From the NCBI RefSeq assembly GCF_001194135.2, contig NC_068996.1:52274799-52338798 (forward strand): 64,000 nucleotides of DNA, given 5' to 3'. Below are positions 34,650 to 47,343 of the stretch, piece by piece. A program made the position numbers and the translations under genes. Position 1 is the first letter of the stretch. The number at the start of each line of letters is the position of its first letter. The stretch is from Octopus bimaculoides (lineage: Eukaryota). The notes below the pieces were generated by a model. The model made no database searches. It worked only from the letters and a program-made list of their open reading frames with translations, and was not told the origin of the DNA.

Positions 34650-36800
34650 ATAAAGGCATGGTAAAAGTTAGGTCTTGTGAGATTGTGAAGATGCTGGAGT
34701 GGAGACAAGTGGGTGTGTTTCATGTGCAAGTCGTAAGGTGTAAAGATTCCTCAGTTAAACCCTTCACAGGCATGAAACAATACACATTTTTCTGGTTAGT
34801 TAAAGTGCCTGGAGTAGGCATACTGTAAGATGAAAAATGAAGTAGATAAGGTAGTCACAACATACAATAGGATAATTAAGCTGATACTCATCACAGATAA
34901 ATCAACAGCAACATTTATTTCTGTGCTCCACAGGCATGGTTGACAGAGAAACAGGAGAGTTTTCAAGTGACCTTCTTCAGCTACTTAAACAATGATTGAC
35001 AACCACCTCATTGTCATGGCAGGGAATTCAACAGACATGTTGGTCAACACAGTGATAACTTCTGTGATATCTAAGGAGGGCATGTATATGGTCCAATAAA
35101 TGAGGTGGGGGTGTAAGCATCTGGATTTTTGTGATGCAACTGATCAAACAATTTGCAACACACACTTCAAGAAACCAACCAACCACCTCATGACTTACCA
35201 GTCTGGTGAATACACAAGTCAAATAAATTACATTCTCCCCAGGAAATGGGAGAGACAAGCAAATGTAAATACCGAAACCTTTCCTGGTAGAGAAAGCACT
35301 ATCCAACATAGATTAGTGGCAAGTGATTTCAAAGTTCAGAGCTAAGCAAACAGAGACAGAAGATGATATGGAGAAGGAAGCTAAACGAACTGACAGTGAG
35401 TCATAGATTTAGAAAAATTCTGGCACGTATAACTGTAGGAAGAAGGATTTAAATATGTGAAGTATAGATGACAACTGAGAATTGCAATAAAACAACCTGT
35501 TTAGGGCTAGAAATCAGACAAGGCTGGAGCAAAGTTCCAGCCTTCCTGAAGGTGATGTAGTGATAAGATGACATGATTGATNNNNNNNNNNNNNNNNNNN
35601 NNNNNNNNNNNNNNNNNNNNNNNNNNNNNNNNNNNNNNNNNNNNNNNNNNNNNNNNNNNNNNNNNNNNNNNNNNNNNNNNNNNNNNNNNNNNNNNNNNNN
35701 NNNNNNNNNNNNNNNNNNNNNNNGGGGGGGGGGGTAAAAGCTAAGCGACAGGCTTAGAAGGGTGTAATAGAGAAGATTATCAAATGGCTAGAAGAGCAGG
35801 CAAGTGATAGGGATATTTGGCTATGGGTGAGGTTAGAAGGGATGTGAGGATTGTAAAGTGATAAAGGTTGCTTGACATTGTGTGTGAGAGAGAATTAAGA
35901 TGTCGTTGGTGAGGAATGTATTCGGAATGATGAAGGCACATTCATCCATTGATATTGAAGACAAGAAAATGGTATGGAAGTGCTTATTATTTGAGGTTGT
36001 TGAATGTGGAGAATATGTTGGATAAAGAGAATCTACCTCATGCTGACCAGACATAGGGACAAGAAATTCCAATTGATAGCAGTGTGGTAGCTAAAGTGAT
36101 TAAGTACATTTAGAGAAGGAATGCTGCAGGACCATTGGTTGTTATAGAGATACTAACAGAGTGTCATGTCCAGAAATTTGCAGGTCACTAAAGAGACTAA
36201 GTAAAAGAATAGCCTGCGAGGGCTGTACAAGCTATGCACAAAAATGCAGTAATTAAAGAAAGAGTTGTCAGCTTTCTTGTATTTGTCATAGTCTTACAGG
36301 TCATCACAGTGGAGTTTAAGATCAGCTGTCTGTGAGATCTCCTGTATGCTGATGATCCAGTTCTCATAGCTGAATCTGTAGTGAAATTAACGATGAAATT
36401 GCAGGTATGGAAGTTAAACCTTGAGGTAAATTTAGCAAAGGCTAAAGTTTTAGTAAAGAAGACAGGACCCTGGCCTTAACAGCAAGAAAGTAGACAGGAA
36501 CTCCATATGATGTACCTGATATAAGCTATGGACACACAAGAGATGGAGTGGAATTAGAAGCAGGTTAACAGATAAGGTAAGCTTCATATGTGGCAGATCC
36601 ACTGGAGCAATACATACACTGGAAATAGATTCTTTTAGGTACCCAGATAACTCACCTGAAGTCGTTGATAGTTTCTGTTACCTAGAGGACATGATTAAAA
36701 GTATAGCAGCCAGGGTAAGAATGGGTTGGAAAAGGGTTTAGGGAGCTATTACTACTGTTGGCAAGAAGTGAAGGGCAGATTGTATGATACTTATGTCATA
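34650..36800 (+). mobile_element. Decayed RTE LINE (EN and RT remnants across a gap)
   Basis: NTHFKKPTNHLMTYQSGEYTSQINYIL (EN C-terminus); LLYADD remnant near 36345. Confidence 0.7.
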
Positions 36801-39591
36801 TTGTAAGGTAGTTACCTCTTACTTTTATCTCCCTACCTACCCTTAAACCCCTGGGACAGTGTTTCCCAACCTATTTTCCCCCAGGCTCCACTATAACTTT
36901 CCAGAAAAATGTATGCCCCTCCACAAGTGGTTGTTAAAAAGAACTTTATTTTTAATATTTTATCACAGTTTAATACAAATGAATCTACCAGTAACTCTTT
37001 TATTAAGTATTGAGTACAAAAAAAAAAGTGAATCACTTTAATGAGAACCTTGTGCCTGGTGACCCCGGCACCATGCTCTCTCACAATTTTCTCAGGTCCT
37101 ACTACTCCAGGGTATGCTCCACCCTTAATCGCACTGCATTCGCCCACTACTTTCCTCGACCCACTAGCATAGCTAGAATGTTTGCCACCCAGGACAGCCC
37201 TTCCATTTGCCACCCCTGGACCCAACAAACACATTGCCTACAGCAGACCCAAAAGTGCCACCCCTTTAAAAGTGCCGCCTGGGGATGGGAGACTGCCCCT
37301 ACCACTCCCCCTAGCTACGCCAGTGCCTCTACCCCTTTATTTCATCATTCTCTCCCACAGCCACCACCACCCATCTTTGATACCCTCCAGTCTCTCCTTC
37401 CTTGCTCCCACCACTACCTCACTGTCCTTTCCCCAGAGTTTCTCTGCCACCTCACCTCACCCCACCCTTCCCCTTCCTCAGTGGCCTACCTTCATGACCC
37501 CTCTTTCTTTACTTCAATGATTTTCTCAGGATTTCTCATCACACTAATCTATTTCTCCCTTCCCCTCACCTTCCCATCACCTATTATTCATACCATTATA
37601 ATATAGAATAGCACTCCTTTGTAAACTACCCTGTCACCTTTCCCTCCTCTTTCTCACTAATCATTGACACTAACCTCTCCCCTGTTTCCTTCCATATTAC
37701 CCTCCTCCAGGAGTGTCCACTGCCACCACATTGCAATAAATCTGTTCCTCTTACCTTCACACATGCCTAGAAACATTGCACCCCCACCCTTCTTTTTTTT
37801 TCTGCTGCTTTTGTGGACACCCATGACTTACTGTCACCATCCAATTCCATTATTATGAATTTGAACTGGGAGCTTGCGTGATATTCCATCTTTCATTAGC
37901 GGATTCCACAACCATGGATGCCATTCCTATGGATGTGTTGCAGTTACTCTTTTCATAGAGCTTCGTGATCCTCACCATCGATCTTCTATTATTCCCCCAC
38001 TCAGCATCAATGCAAGAAGCACCATTGATTCAGCTGAGCTATTCTGGAACCTTCCTTCAATAATAGCAATCAGTTTAGGCCCTGAGTCTTACAAGATGCA
38101 AGGCAATCTTCATTAGTGCTGGTGCCACATAAAATGCTCCCGGTACATTGTAAAGTGGTTGGCATTAGGAAGGGCACCCAGTCATAGAAACTATGCCAAA
38201 GCAGACATCAGAGTACGATGCAGTACTCTGATTTGCATGCATGCATGCATGCATTTGTGTGTGTGGTGGTGGTGGTGGCATGATTATGATGTTAAAAATT
38301 TTGCTTTCTAACTACATGGTACTGGGTTTGGTCCTACTCCATGGCACCTTGGGTAAGTATCTTGTACAATACCATTTGGCCAACTAAACCCCTGTGAGCA
38401 GATTTGTAAATGGAAATTGTAAGAAGCCCCATTGCGCGCGTGTGTGTGTGCATGCACATAGATGTGTGTGTATTTTCATGATACTGCATGATAGTTGTAA
38501 AAGAGTGTATATTCATATAAGTATGACTGTGGAGAAATATTGCCTTCCCTCAAAGTAAGTCTACTTGATTATGAAAAAGAAAAGCTACTAAAAAGGTCAT
38601 GACATCTTAAAATCTGATTCAATAAAGCAAATGACTGTAAATTCTACTGATAGTAGTGCACAGAACTACCAACTGTCAAAATATAGTAACCCTCCCTCAA
38701 CCTGTTCAATCGCTATGACTCATTTGTTTTTATTATATAGATGTGTTCATGTGGACAGGTCCAACTTGGAGTGCATATTTTAGTGGATTTCAAGTTTAGT
38801 CAGCGTATTATTTTTTATGAAATTCTGACAAGTCATTTTTAACATGTGTTATGGAAAGAAACTTTAAATAGGATTTGAAAATTAATCAATAGTTGCAGGA
38901 ATTATTACATAAGTATGCAAGATTGATTATATTGAATTATGACAAAATAATTGCAAATTGAAGTAAAATGATTTGCTTGCTCCATTTTTTTAATATTGGG
39001 TCATTTGATATATATACATATATATATAAATCATCATCATGTAGAGTATATTTTTTGTATGTTTATATTTCAGATATATATATATAATTCTATATCTGAG
39101 ATAGAGAGAGGATAAGAGAAAGAAGGATGGAACATGAGAGGTACAGTAAAAAACAAAGCATAAGATTCTGGAAAATATATTGGTGAAGAAGCCATCTGCA
39201 TTTTAGAGAATTGTGTATGTTAGTGTGCATTTGTGTTCATGTGCATGTTTGTGCACTTCTGTTATAATTTACTTATTGTGTAAATGTACGTGTATTTGTA
39301 TGCATCTACCACTCACTTTTCTATGTGCACAACATTCATCATAAGTGTGTATGTATATCTGCAGGTGAGCATGCATATGTGAAATTTAGTGTGCAAGCAT
39401 ATATATGTATGTGTGTGTATGAATGCGTTTATGTGTAAGTGTGAGACATTGTAAATGACTAACATTTCTTCAAATGTGTGTTACTGAGTCATTTTGATAT
39501 TCTTCTCATTTAAAAATGGTGACAACTTTTTACCAGTGTTGCTATAATAATGAACAAAATTCTATTTTGAAAGTTCAAGGAATCAGATTAC

Positions 39592-39663
39592 CTTGAAATT
39601 TTTTTCAGGCATAATAGCTTATGCCCAAAGAAGTCAAAGCATTTATATGTTGACAAGTTTAGT
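39592..39663 (-). CDS. Candidate 72-nt exon of the minus-strand gene
   Basis: Strong acceptor TGTATTTCTTGTTTCTAG and donor AAG/GTAATC; open as LNLSTYKCFDFFGHKLLCLKKISR, or as UTR followed by ATG CCT GAA AAA AAT TTC AAG. Confidence 0.35.
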
Positions 39664-39730
39664 CTAGAAACAAGAAATACATACAAATAAAATTTATATT
39701 TTAGCAATGCATACATACACATATACATAC

Positions 39731-39793
<63 letters not shown>

Positions 39794-40860
39794 ATAGATA
39801 TATGTATACATCCACACGCAATCATATAACTGAAACTCTAGTAGGGTTAGAAATGAAATTGTGGAAGCAAAACCTGGAATCAAAGGGCCTTAAAGTTAAC
39901 TTAGTAAAGAACAAAGTTCTAGTTAGCAAGAAAACACACAGAACAATAATTTCTTCATGATTGATTCAGTTAAATAGTAGAAGAGATGTTAGTACACTGT
40001 ATGAAATTTCTACTAAGCACCAACTGTGGTCAAACAAGAGGATGCGGTGGAATCACAGAAAGGTTAAAAGAGAAAGTAGACTTTGTTGTTGTAGATGCAC
40101 TGGTGAAATTACAACATACAGGAAATAGATTTCTTCAAATGCCCATGAGGATCCTTTAGAGGAAATTGGCAGTTTCTGTTAGCTAGTTAACCTAATTAAC
40201 AATAGAAGAGGATACTCAGAAAGCATAGTTGCTGGAATATCTGTCTCTCACCATTTTCACCTTCTGACTCCATTCCTAGTATTGAACATCTCCTTTGCAC
40301 CCTACCCCCCACACACTTCACATCTTCTTTACAACCACATATTACTTCCCTGGCCGATACCTGCTTCCCCCATGACTAAAAATGCCTCGACCCAAGTTCG
40401 TTACCCACTGAATTTCCCTTTATCCCCATCTCTATCCACCTGCCACTCACCCCACCCTCATGAACTTATTTACCTGCTCAAACAACTTCACTTATATCCC
40501 CCCCTATGTAACTTGAGGGTACACCCTGACACAACTTGATCACTACCACCTTTCTTTTTCAACTGGGTAATCACATATCACCTGTACAGCAAGATACCTG
40601 TCTCTCTGTTATACTTTAGCCTTTCATCACCTCTCATCAAGCCACCACCCTCAGGACTACAATATACGACAATTCCTCAGTCAAGGACTCTTGTCTTGTG
40701 AGTTACTACTTTAGAGGTAGTTGATAATTTGTTACTTAGGTGATGTAACTAGCAGTGGAGGAGGAGGAGGATGTTCTGAAAGTCTAGTTCAGTGGTTCCC
40801 AACCCGATTATTTGAGTTTTCTCCATGGACCACTACACATTCTTTATTTTCTCTCCTTGT

Positions 40861-40899
40861 TTCTTTCTGTGGAAGAGCGTAGGCTTGAAACGTTAAAAA
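40861..40899 (+). ncRNA. Hammerhead-like motif with variant core CUGUGGA
   Basis: TTCTTT CTGTGGA A GAGC GTAG GCTT GAAAC GTT AAAAA; same architecture as the other motifs, inside a short repeat at about 40845-40990. Confidence 0.45.
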
Positions 40900-41079
40900 C
40901 TTTTTCAATTCCCGAGCGTTATACTAATGCATCTATTTGTTTTCTACACCACCTGTCTTCATCTGTTGCTTTTTTTTGTGAATTCTCCTAATATATATAT
41001 ATGAAATTTCATAAGACCCCCTCCCCCAGGACCATCAGAGGTCCATGGACCCCAAGTTGGGGTCAGTGGCTGAAATAAA

Positions 41080-42097
41080 AACTGATTGGGGGAAGTTTTG
41101 AGAGGACAGTTATCTTTGATAACATTGGGCCTCTCCTCAGAGTGAAAGGCAGATTGTATGATGGTTGTGTAAGAACAGCAATGCTACACAGTTACAAAAT
41201 GTGGGCTGTGAATGCAGAAAATATGTGAAAGCTTGAAAGAAATGCACCTAGCATGCTATGCTGAATGTGTATGTATGGGAAAGTGTAAACGCGTTGAGAG
41301 AAGAACAAGGCATAAGAGGCATGAGATGCAGTGTGCAAAAGAGAAGACCATGCTGGTATGGCTGTGTGATGCTGACAGGTGAATAGAGCTGCATAAAGAA
41401 GTGCCATTCGCTAAATGTGGATGGAACCTGTGGAAGACGAAAACCTAGGAAAACAGGAAATGAAGTGATGAAAAATGACTTTCAGATGTTGGGCCTCACA
41501 AAGGAGATGATAAAGAATCAATACAATTGGTGATTTGAGAAGACCCAACCATTGAAGAAAAATCAAGGCCATAAAGGAATATCTTTCATATCTGTGCCCC
41601 TACACACACACACACAATGTGTCCCTGAGAAATATCTCCCCCCATAACTCATCTTCCTAATACTCCCTTTCCTCCACCCATGTTAACCATCCACTACATT
41701 CCCTCTCTATCCCCCACTCACTCTATCCAATCCTCTCTACCATTTCACTTATACACACTTCCTTCTAACTTAAGGGTATGCCCTGACACATCATCTTCAC
41801 CAGCTTCTCTCTCTCTCCTCCCTCTCTTCTTCCATTTGGAGTAGCCATTATCATCTCCTGTACAATATACCCTTTTTTTTTTAATCCCTTTTATACTTTT
41901 TTAACTTCTCATCACCAAGTACAAAGCCACCTGCCTCATAATTACTCCCACTCAGTGACCTCACTGGTCACTGGTGTCACATAAAAAGCAACAAGTACAA
42001 CTGTGGAAATGGTGCCTAAGCTGACAGTAGAGTTTGGTAGTTATCTAACTTGCCAGTTCCTGTTAAACCACCCAACCTGTGCCAACAAGGAAAATGG
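41080..42097 (+). mobile_element. RTE 3' end, pyrimidine-rich UTR subfamily
   Basis: LRVKGRLYDGCVRTAML..CIKKCHSLNVDGTCGR coding end, C/T-rich UTR, shared tail. Confidence 0.75.
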
Positions 42098-43420
42098 ACA
42101 TTATTTACATTCAATGGATATTTGTCCACATCTTGTTTGTTGTTAACACGTTTTGGCTGATATACCCCCCAGCCTTCATCAGGTCTCTTGAGGAAATCTC
42201 GAACTTAAGGTATTTTTCGATATTATTATTATTATTATTATTGTTCAAGTCACTGCTTGGAATCGAACTCAGAATCTTGGGGTTAGTAGCCTGTGCTCTT
42301 AACCACTATGCCAGATAGACTCTGGACAGTTTATTAGTTTTATCCTCTCTCTTCTTCATAATTGGAGTGGATAGTATGTTTTTAGGGTAGTTGTTGCTTG
42401 ATAGATTGTGATACCCACCACGAAGAAATGATCAAGCTCAGTAACAATCACTACTTATATTCTTTGCTCAATGTTTTAAGCACTGAACAACCCCTCTCTT
42501 TAAACTGTATGATACCCACCATGAAGAAATGATCAAGCTCAATAATGATCTGTTAAGCAACAACTACCCCAAAAGTATAGTATCCACTCCAAATATGAAC
42601 AAAAGAGAAGATGAAACCCATAAACTGACCACAGTCTGTCTACCCTATGTGAAAGGCCTCTCTGGAAAGATACAAAAGATATGTGGCCCATTTGACATCA
42701 GGACAGTGTTCAAGAGTAATACAACACTTTGCAAATATCTCCTTCAGGTAAAAACCACCAATAGAAGAGAATATGACCAAAGACTGCGTGTACTCCATTC
42801 CATGCAGCTGTGGTAGGTTATACAAAGGTGAAACATGTCGCCCCCTCAAAATAAGGGTAGAGGAACATCGCAAAGCTGTGACACAAGGAGATATTGATAA
42901 ATCGGGTATAGCTGATCATGTATGGAAAACTTGAGAACACCTCCCTCTGTGGGATGAAGTTAAAATAATAGACAGAGAACACCACTGGAAAATACGAAAA
43001 CTAAAAGAAGCAGCACATATGCTAGGACACAACAACCTCCTAAGCAGACTGAGTGTAGATGTGAACAGCATATGGGAACCGGTATTAAGGAAGAATAGGA
43101 AAATATTAGATTGATAAGCCCTAAAAATTGACTCCATAATTGCCCACAGGCATATGGTGTAGTGGTTAAGAGTGCAGGCTACTAACCCCAAGATTCTGAG
43201 TTCAATTCCAAGCATTGACCTGAACAACAATAATAATAACAATAATAACAATAATATCTAAAAATACCTCAGGAATGAGAACCCAGGTTTGAAATTTCCC
43301 CAAGACACATGATGAAGGCTGGAGGGTATATCAGCGAAACGTTGTGTTAACAAGAAACAAGATGAAGACAAATATCCATCAAATGTAAATAATGTACTCA
43401 TCTCTTAAATATAGAACTGT
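42098..43420 (+). mobile_element. 5'-truncated Penelope-like element: inverted pLTR, thumb/GIY-YIG, direct pLTR
   Basis: VCLPYVKGLS..(frameshift)..DCVYSIPCSCGRLYKGETCRPLKIRVEEHRK..SGIADHVW..RKLKEAAHM ending in TGA at 43112-14; terminal inverted repeats 42098-42314 and about 43150-43396. Confidence 0.9.
43302..43348 (+). ncRNA. Minimal hammerhead ribozyme motif in pLTR (C3 mutated)
   Basis: AAGACAC ATGATGA A GGCTG..CAGC GAAAC GTT GTGTT; inverted copy at 42145-42188 keeps CTGATGA but has AAAAC. Confidence 0.65.
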
Positions 43421-45660
43421 AAGGAAAATGGAGATTAAATGAGGATACACACACATGCATGCACACACACACAAATATATATACATACATACATATGTGC
43501 ATGCACATAGTAATAATAATCATCATCATCCTTTAACATCCATGTTCCTTGGATGGTTTATCAAGAATCCAAGGACTACATCTTGCTCCAGTGTCTGCTT
43601 CAGCATAGTTTCTACAGCTGGATGCCCTTCCAAATGCCAACCACTTTACAGTTTGTACTAGGATTTTTTTTCTATCACCAGCACTAGTGAGGTCACCATG
43701 AGCTCACAAGTCTTCAAACTGAAGTGGGGGTAACTGTGTTCTTATGTTACGGCGGAGGGTGGGGTAAAGATATGGGTGAAGGGGTTGGGGTTCTTGTTGT
43801 TAAGGAGCTACATGGCTACTCACATTTAGGAGAGAGAGTGAGAATGAATTGATGGTATCCCCAAAGAGATCATAGCAATGAGGTACCCAGGTGGCACCTT
43901 CATAGGAAGAGTTGCAGTGAATGAGGAGGGTTTGATGGAAGAGGTAGGGAAAGTGGGAGTAAGAGAGAGAGGTAGACAACGTCTGCAAATATTAAGGGTT
44001 GAGGAGATGGGGTGCATGAGTTGAGGTGGGGGGTTAGAGGGAAGCTAGCAGAAGGGTAGTTGACTGGGGGTGGGGGCAGATGATGAGTTTGGGTAAGCTA
44101 CAGGAGCTGAGGAGAGAGAGATGGACCGGTGTAGTGCATGAGGAGAGATGATTTCATGGTCCAAGGAGGGGAGAATAGGGTGGCCATTGTAACATGAGGA
44201 TGTGGAGAACAATATCAATGGATGAAGAATGACTAACAAGTGAGATGTTTCTGGATAGCAAGAGAGAAAAGTAACAGGACGGAAGGAAAGAGCTGGGGTG
44301 GAAGAGATACAAGGGTGGGGTGAGGCAACGTGATAAGAAAATTAGAAGATTGAATGACTGAAGTGCACATATCTCTCTCTCTCTCTCTCTCTCTCTTCAT
44401 ATATGTACATAATGTAGCGGTGTGGTAAGAAACTTGCTTCCCAACCACATGGTTCTGGGTTCAGTCCCACTCTGTGAGACCTTGGGCAAGTAGCTTCTAC
44501 TATAGCCACAGACTGACCAAAGCCTTGTGAGTGGATGGAAACTGAAAAAGCCTGTCGTATATATTTATATTTGTATTTTGGACCATTTTGGAAGTAAGTA
44601 TGGACAGAAGATGTGAGGGAAAGCAGACAGGAAAGGAACAACAGACTGGGTTGGAAGAGACATTGAAGGAAAGAATGGCTGGAGTGTTAGGGTGCTAAGG
44701 GGATAGACAAGCTGTAGGTGAGAGGATGGTGAGAGAAAAGGTGGCTGAGAGAGAGAGAGAGAACAGTGGAGGAGACAACACTGGAAAAGATATCACGGAA
44801 GGAGGATGAAGNNNNNNNNNNNNNNNNNNNNNNNNNNNNNNNNNNNNNNNNNNNNNNNNNNNNNNNNNNNNNNNNNNNNNNNNNNNNNNNNNNNNNNNNN
44901 NNNNNNNNNNNNNNNNNNNNNNNNNNNNNNAGTGAGATAAAGGTAAGAGGAAGATGTTAGATGATGGGCAGGAAGGTGAACTTTGTTGAGAGCAGGGTAT
45001 AGTGAAGTATAGCAGTGTTATTACACTGATAATTGTAAGATTATCATGGGTTCAATACCCGGACTGGGCAGTGTGTTGTGTTCTTGAGCAAAGCATTCTA
45101 TTTCATAGTGTTCTGTGGTCACTTTGACATTGACGTGTGGCACACTGTACACTTGACCAGTGTCAATTTGATGGAAGGACAACTAATGTACAGCACAAGA
45201 CTTTGGTCATTATAAATAAATTATCTGTTCAGGTTGCTCAAGAAATTGCAGAACCGTTTTTCTCAGTTTATGAGAGACCACCATTAATATCTCTCTATCT
45301 CTCATGTATATATATATATATATATATATAGTAGTTTTGAATATCAATCTGGATTAGTCTAAGGTTATGTCTATTTCCTATATGTATTTTGGAGAACCAA
45401 TCCAATGCTCCTTGTGTGTTTTTCCATAAGTTGAGTTTGACCTTGTTCCTAATTCTTATTTTATTAAGTTTTCCTAAATCCGATTTGTTGGGACAAATTA
45501 GTCTAACCTGTGTTTTGTTGGGGAAATTCTCCTTGTGATCCTTAATAGTTAATTGGTTTCAAACCCTAAAAAATGAGTTTCAAGATAGAAACAGGTGTGG
45601 CTATGCAGTTGGGTTGATTAAAACCTCATGAGTGGATTTGGTAAGCAGAAACTGAAGAAG

Positions 45661-45890
45661 GCGGTGAGTTGGCAGAAACGTTAGCATGTCGGGTGAAATG
45701 CTTACCGGTATTTCATCTGTCACTATGTTTTGAGTTCAAATTCCACCGAGGTCGACTTTGCCTTTCATCCTTTCGGGATCAATAAAATAAATACCAGTTA
45801 CGCACTGGGGTTGATGTAATCGACTTAATCCGTTTGTCTGTCCTTGTTTGTCCCTTCTATGTTTAGCCCCTTGTGGGCAATAAAGAAATA
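45661..45890 (+). mobile_element. SINE family D inserted into a family A SINE
   Basis: tRNA-like head, GAGGTCGACTTTGCCTTTCATCCTTTCGG block, tail TTAGCCCCTTGTGGGCAATAAAGAAAT; TSD AGAAACTGAA(A)GAAG at 45647-60 and 45891-905. Confidence 0.85.
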
Positions 45891-46439
45891 AGAAACTGAA
45901 AGAAGCCCATCATGTGTATATGTAATGGATAATGGCCAAAAGAATATAATTGTGAATATTGATTGCAAATGGGATTCCTCCATAGGTTCTTTGCAGTAAC
46001 ATTAGTTGAGAAAATGTGTAGCTCAGAGATCAGAGAGGTGAACAAGAGAAAGAAATCACAGAGAACTACAGACATGTGGTAAGAATATCTCAGAAAAGAA
46101 TGATTGGGCGAGTTTTATGGGTAGACCACAAGCAGGATGGTTCGATAACATCCATGACTTTGATGGGGGATCCAATCAGATCAATGGGAGATGGTTGCTT
46201 ACGACAGGACCTGATGGAAAGCATACTTGAGGAATCTGTGCTTCAACCCAGTCAGGAATAAGTGTGCAAGGAGGAGACGAGATGATATACATACATATAC
46301 ATATATATAATGTGGTTTATTTATCCTGGATACTCTATTGAAATGTGCATAGGTTTGGCTTATTGTTGTTGTTTCTGCTATTATAACTGTTGCTGCAATA
46401 AAGTATCTTCAATGCATCGATTTTGAGCTCTATTTTTTA

Positions 46440-46481
<42 letters not shown>

Positions 46482-46483
<2 letters not shown>

Positions 46484-47343
46484 CATCATCATCATCGTTT
46501 AACGTCCGCTTTCCATGCTAGCATGGGTTGGACGATTTGACTGAGGACTGGTGAAACCGGNNNNNNNNNNNNNNNNNNNNNNNNNNNNNNNNNNNNNNNN
46601 NNNNNNNNNNNNNNNNNNNNNNNNNNNNNNNNNNNNNNNNNNNNNNNNNNNNNNNNNNNNNNNNNNNNNNNNNNNNNNNNNNNNNNNNNNNNNNNNNNNN
46701 NNNNNNNNNNNNNNNNNNNNNNNNNNNNNNNNNNNNNNNNNNNNNNNNNNNNNNNNNNNNNNNNNNNNNNNNNNNNNNNNNNNNNNNNNNNNNNNNNNNN
46801 NNNNNNNNNNNNNNNNNNNNNNNNNNNNNNNNNNNNNNNNNNNNNNNNNNNNNNNNNNNNNNNNNNNNNNNNNNNNNNNNNNNNNNNNNNNNNNNNNNNN
46901 NNNNNNNNNNNNNNNNNNNNNNNNNNNNNNNNNNNNNNNNNNNNNNNNNNNNNNNNNNNNNNNNNNNNNNNNNNNNNNNNNNNNNNNNNNNNNNNNNNNN
47001 NNNNNNNNNNNNNNNNNNNNNNNNNNNNNNNNNNNNNNNNNNNNNNNNNNNNNNNNNNNNNNNNCCTCGGTGAGGCCCAATGTACGAAGGTCTTGCCTCA
47101 CCACCTCAGCCCAGGTCTTCCTGGGCCTACCTCTTCCACGGGTTCCCTCAACTGTTAGGGTGTGGCACTTTTTCACGCAGCTATCCTCATCCATTCTCAC
47201 CACATGTCCATACCAGCGCAATCGTCTCTCTTGCACACCACAACTGATGCTTCTAATGTTCAGCTTTTCTCTCAAGATACTTACGCTCTGACGGGTATTC
47301 ACATTGACATTACACATCCAACGGAGCATACTAGCTTCATTCC
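46482..47343 (-). mobile_element. Comparatively young RTE 3' fragment (spans gap)
   Basis: Uninterrupted MLRWMCN..RRLRWYGHVVRMDEDSCVKKC..GRGRPRKTW, CpGs retained, (GAT)n tail. Confidence 0.9.

Noticed and set aside
37010-37606. 198-aa ORF (also 47756-48244 and the 3' part of 57044-57526)
   Set aside because: Low-complexity products of pyrimidine-rich repeat UTR sequence.
43149-43215. tRNA gene (also SINE heads at 1923, 4769, 10114 and 14917)
   Set aside because: A and B boxes are present but no complete cloverleaf, and each is fused to a repeat body.
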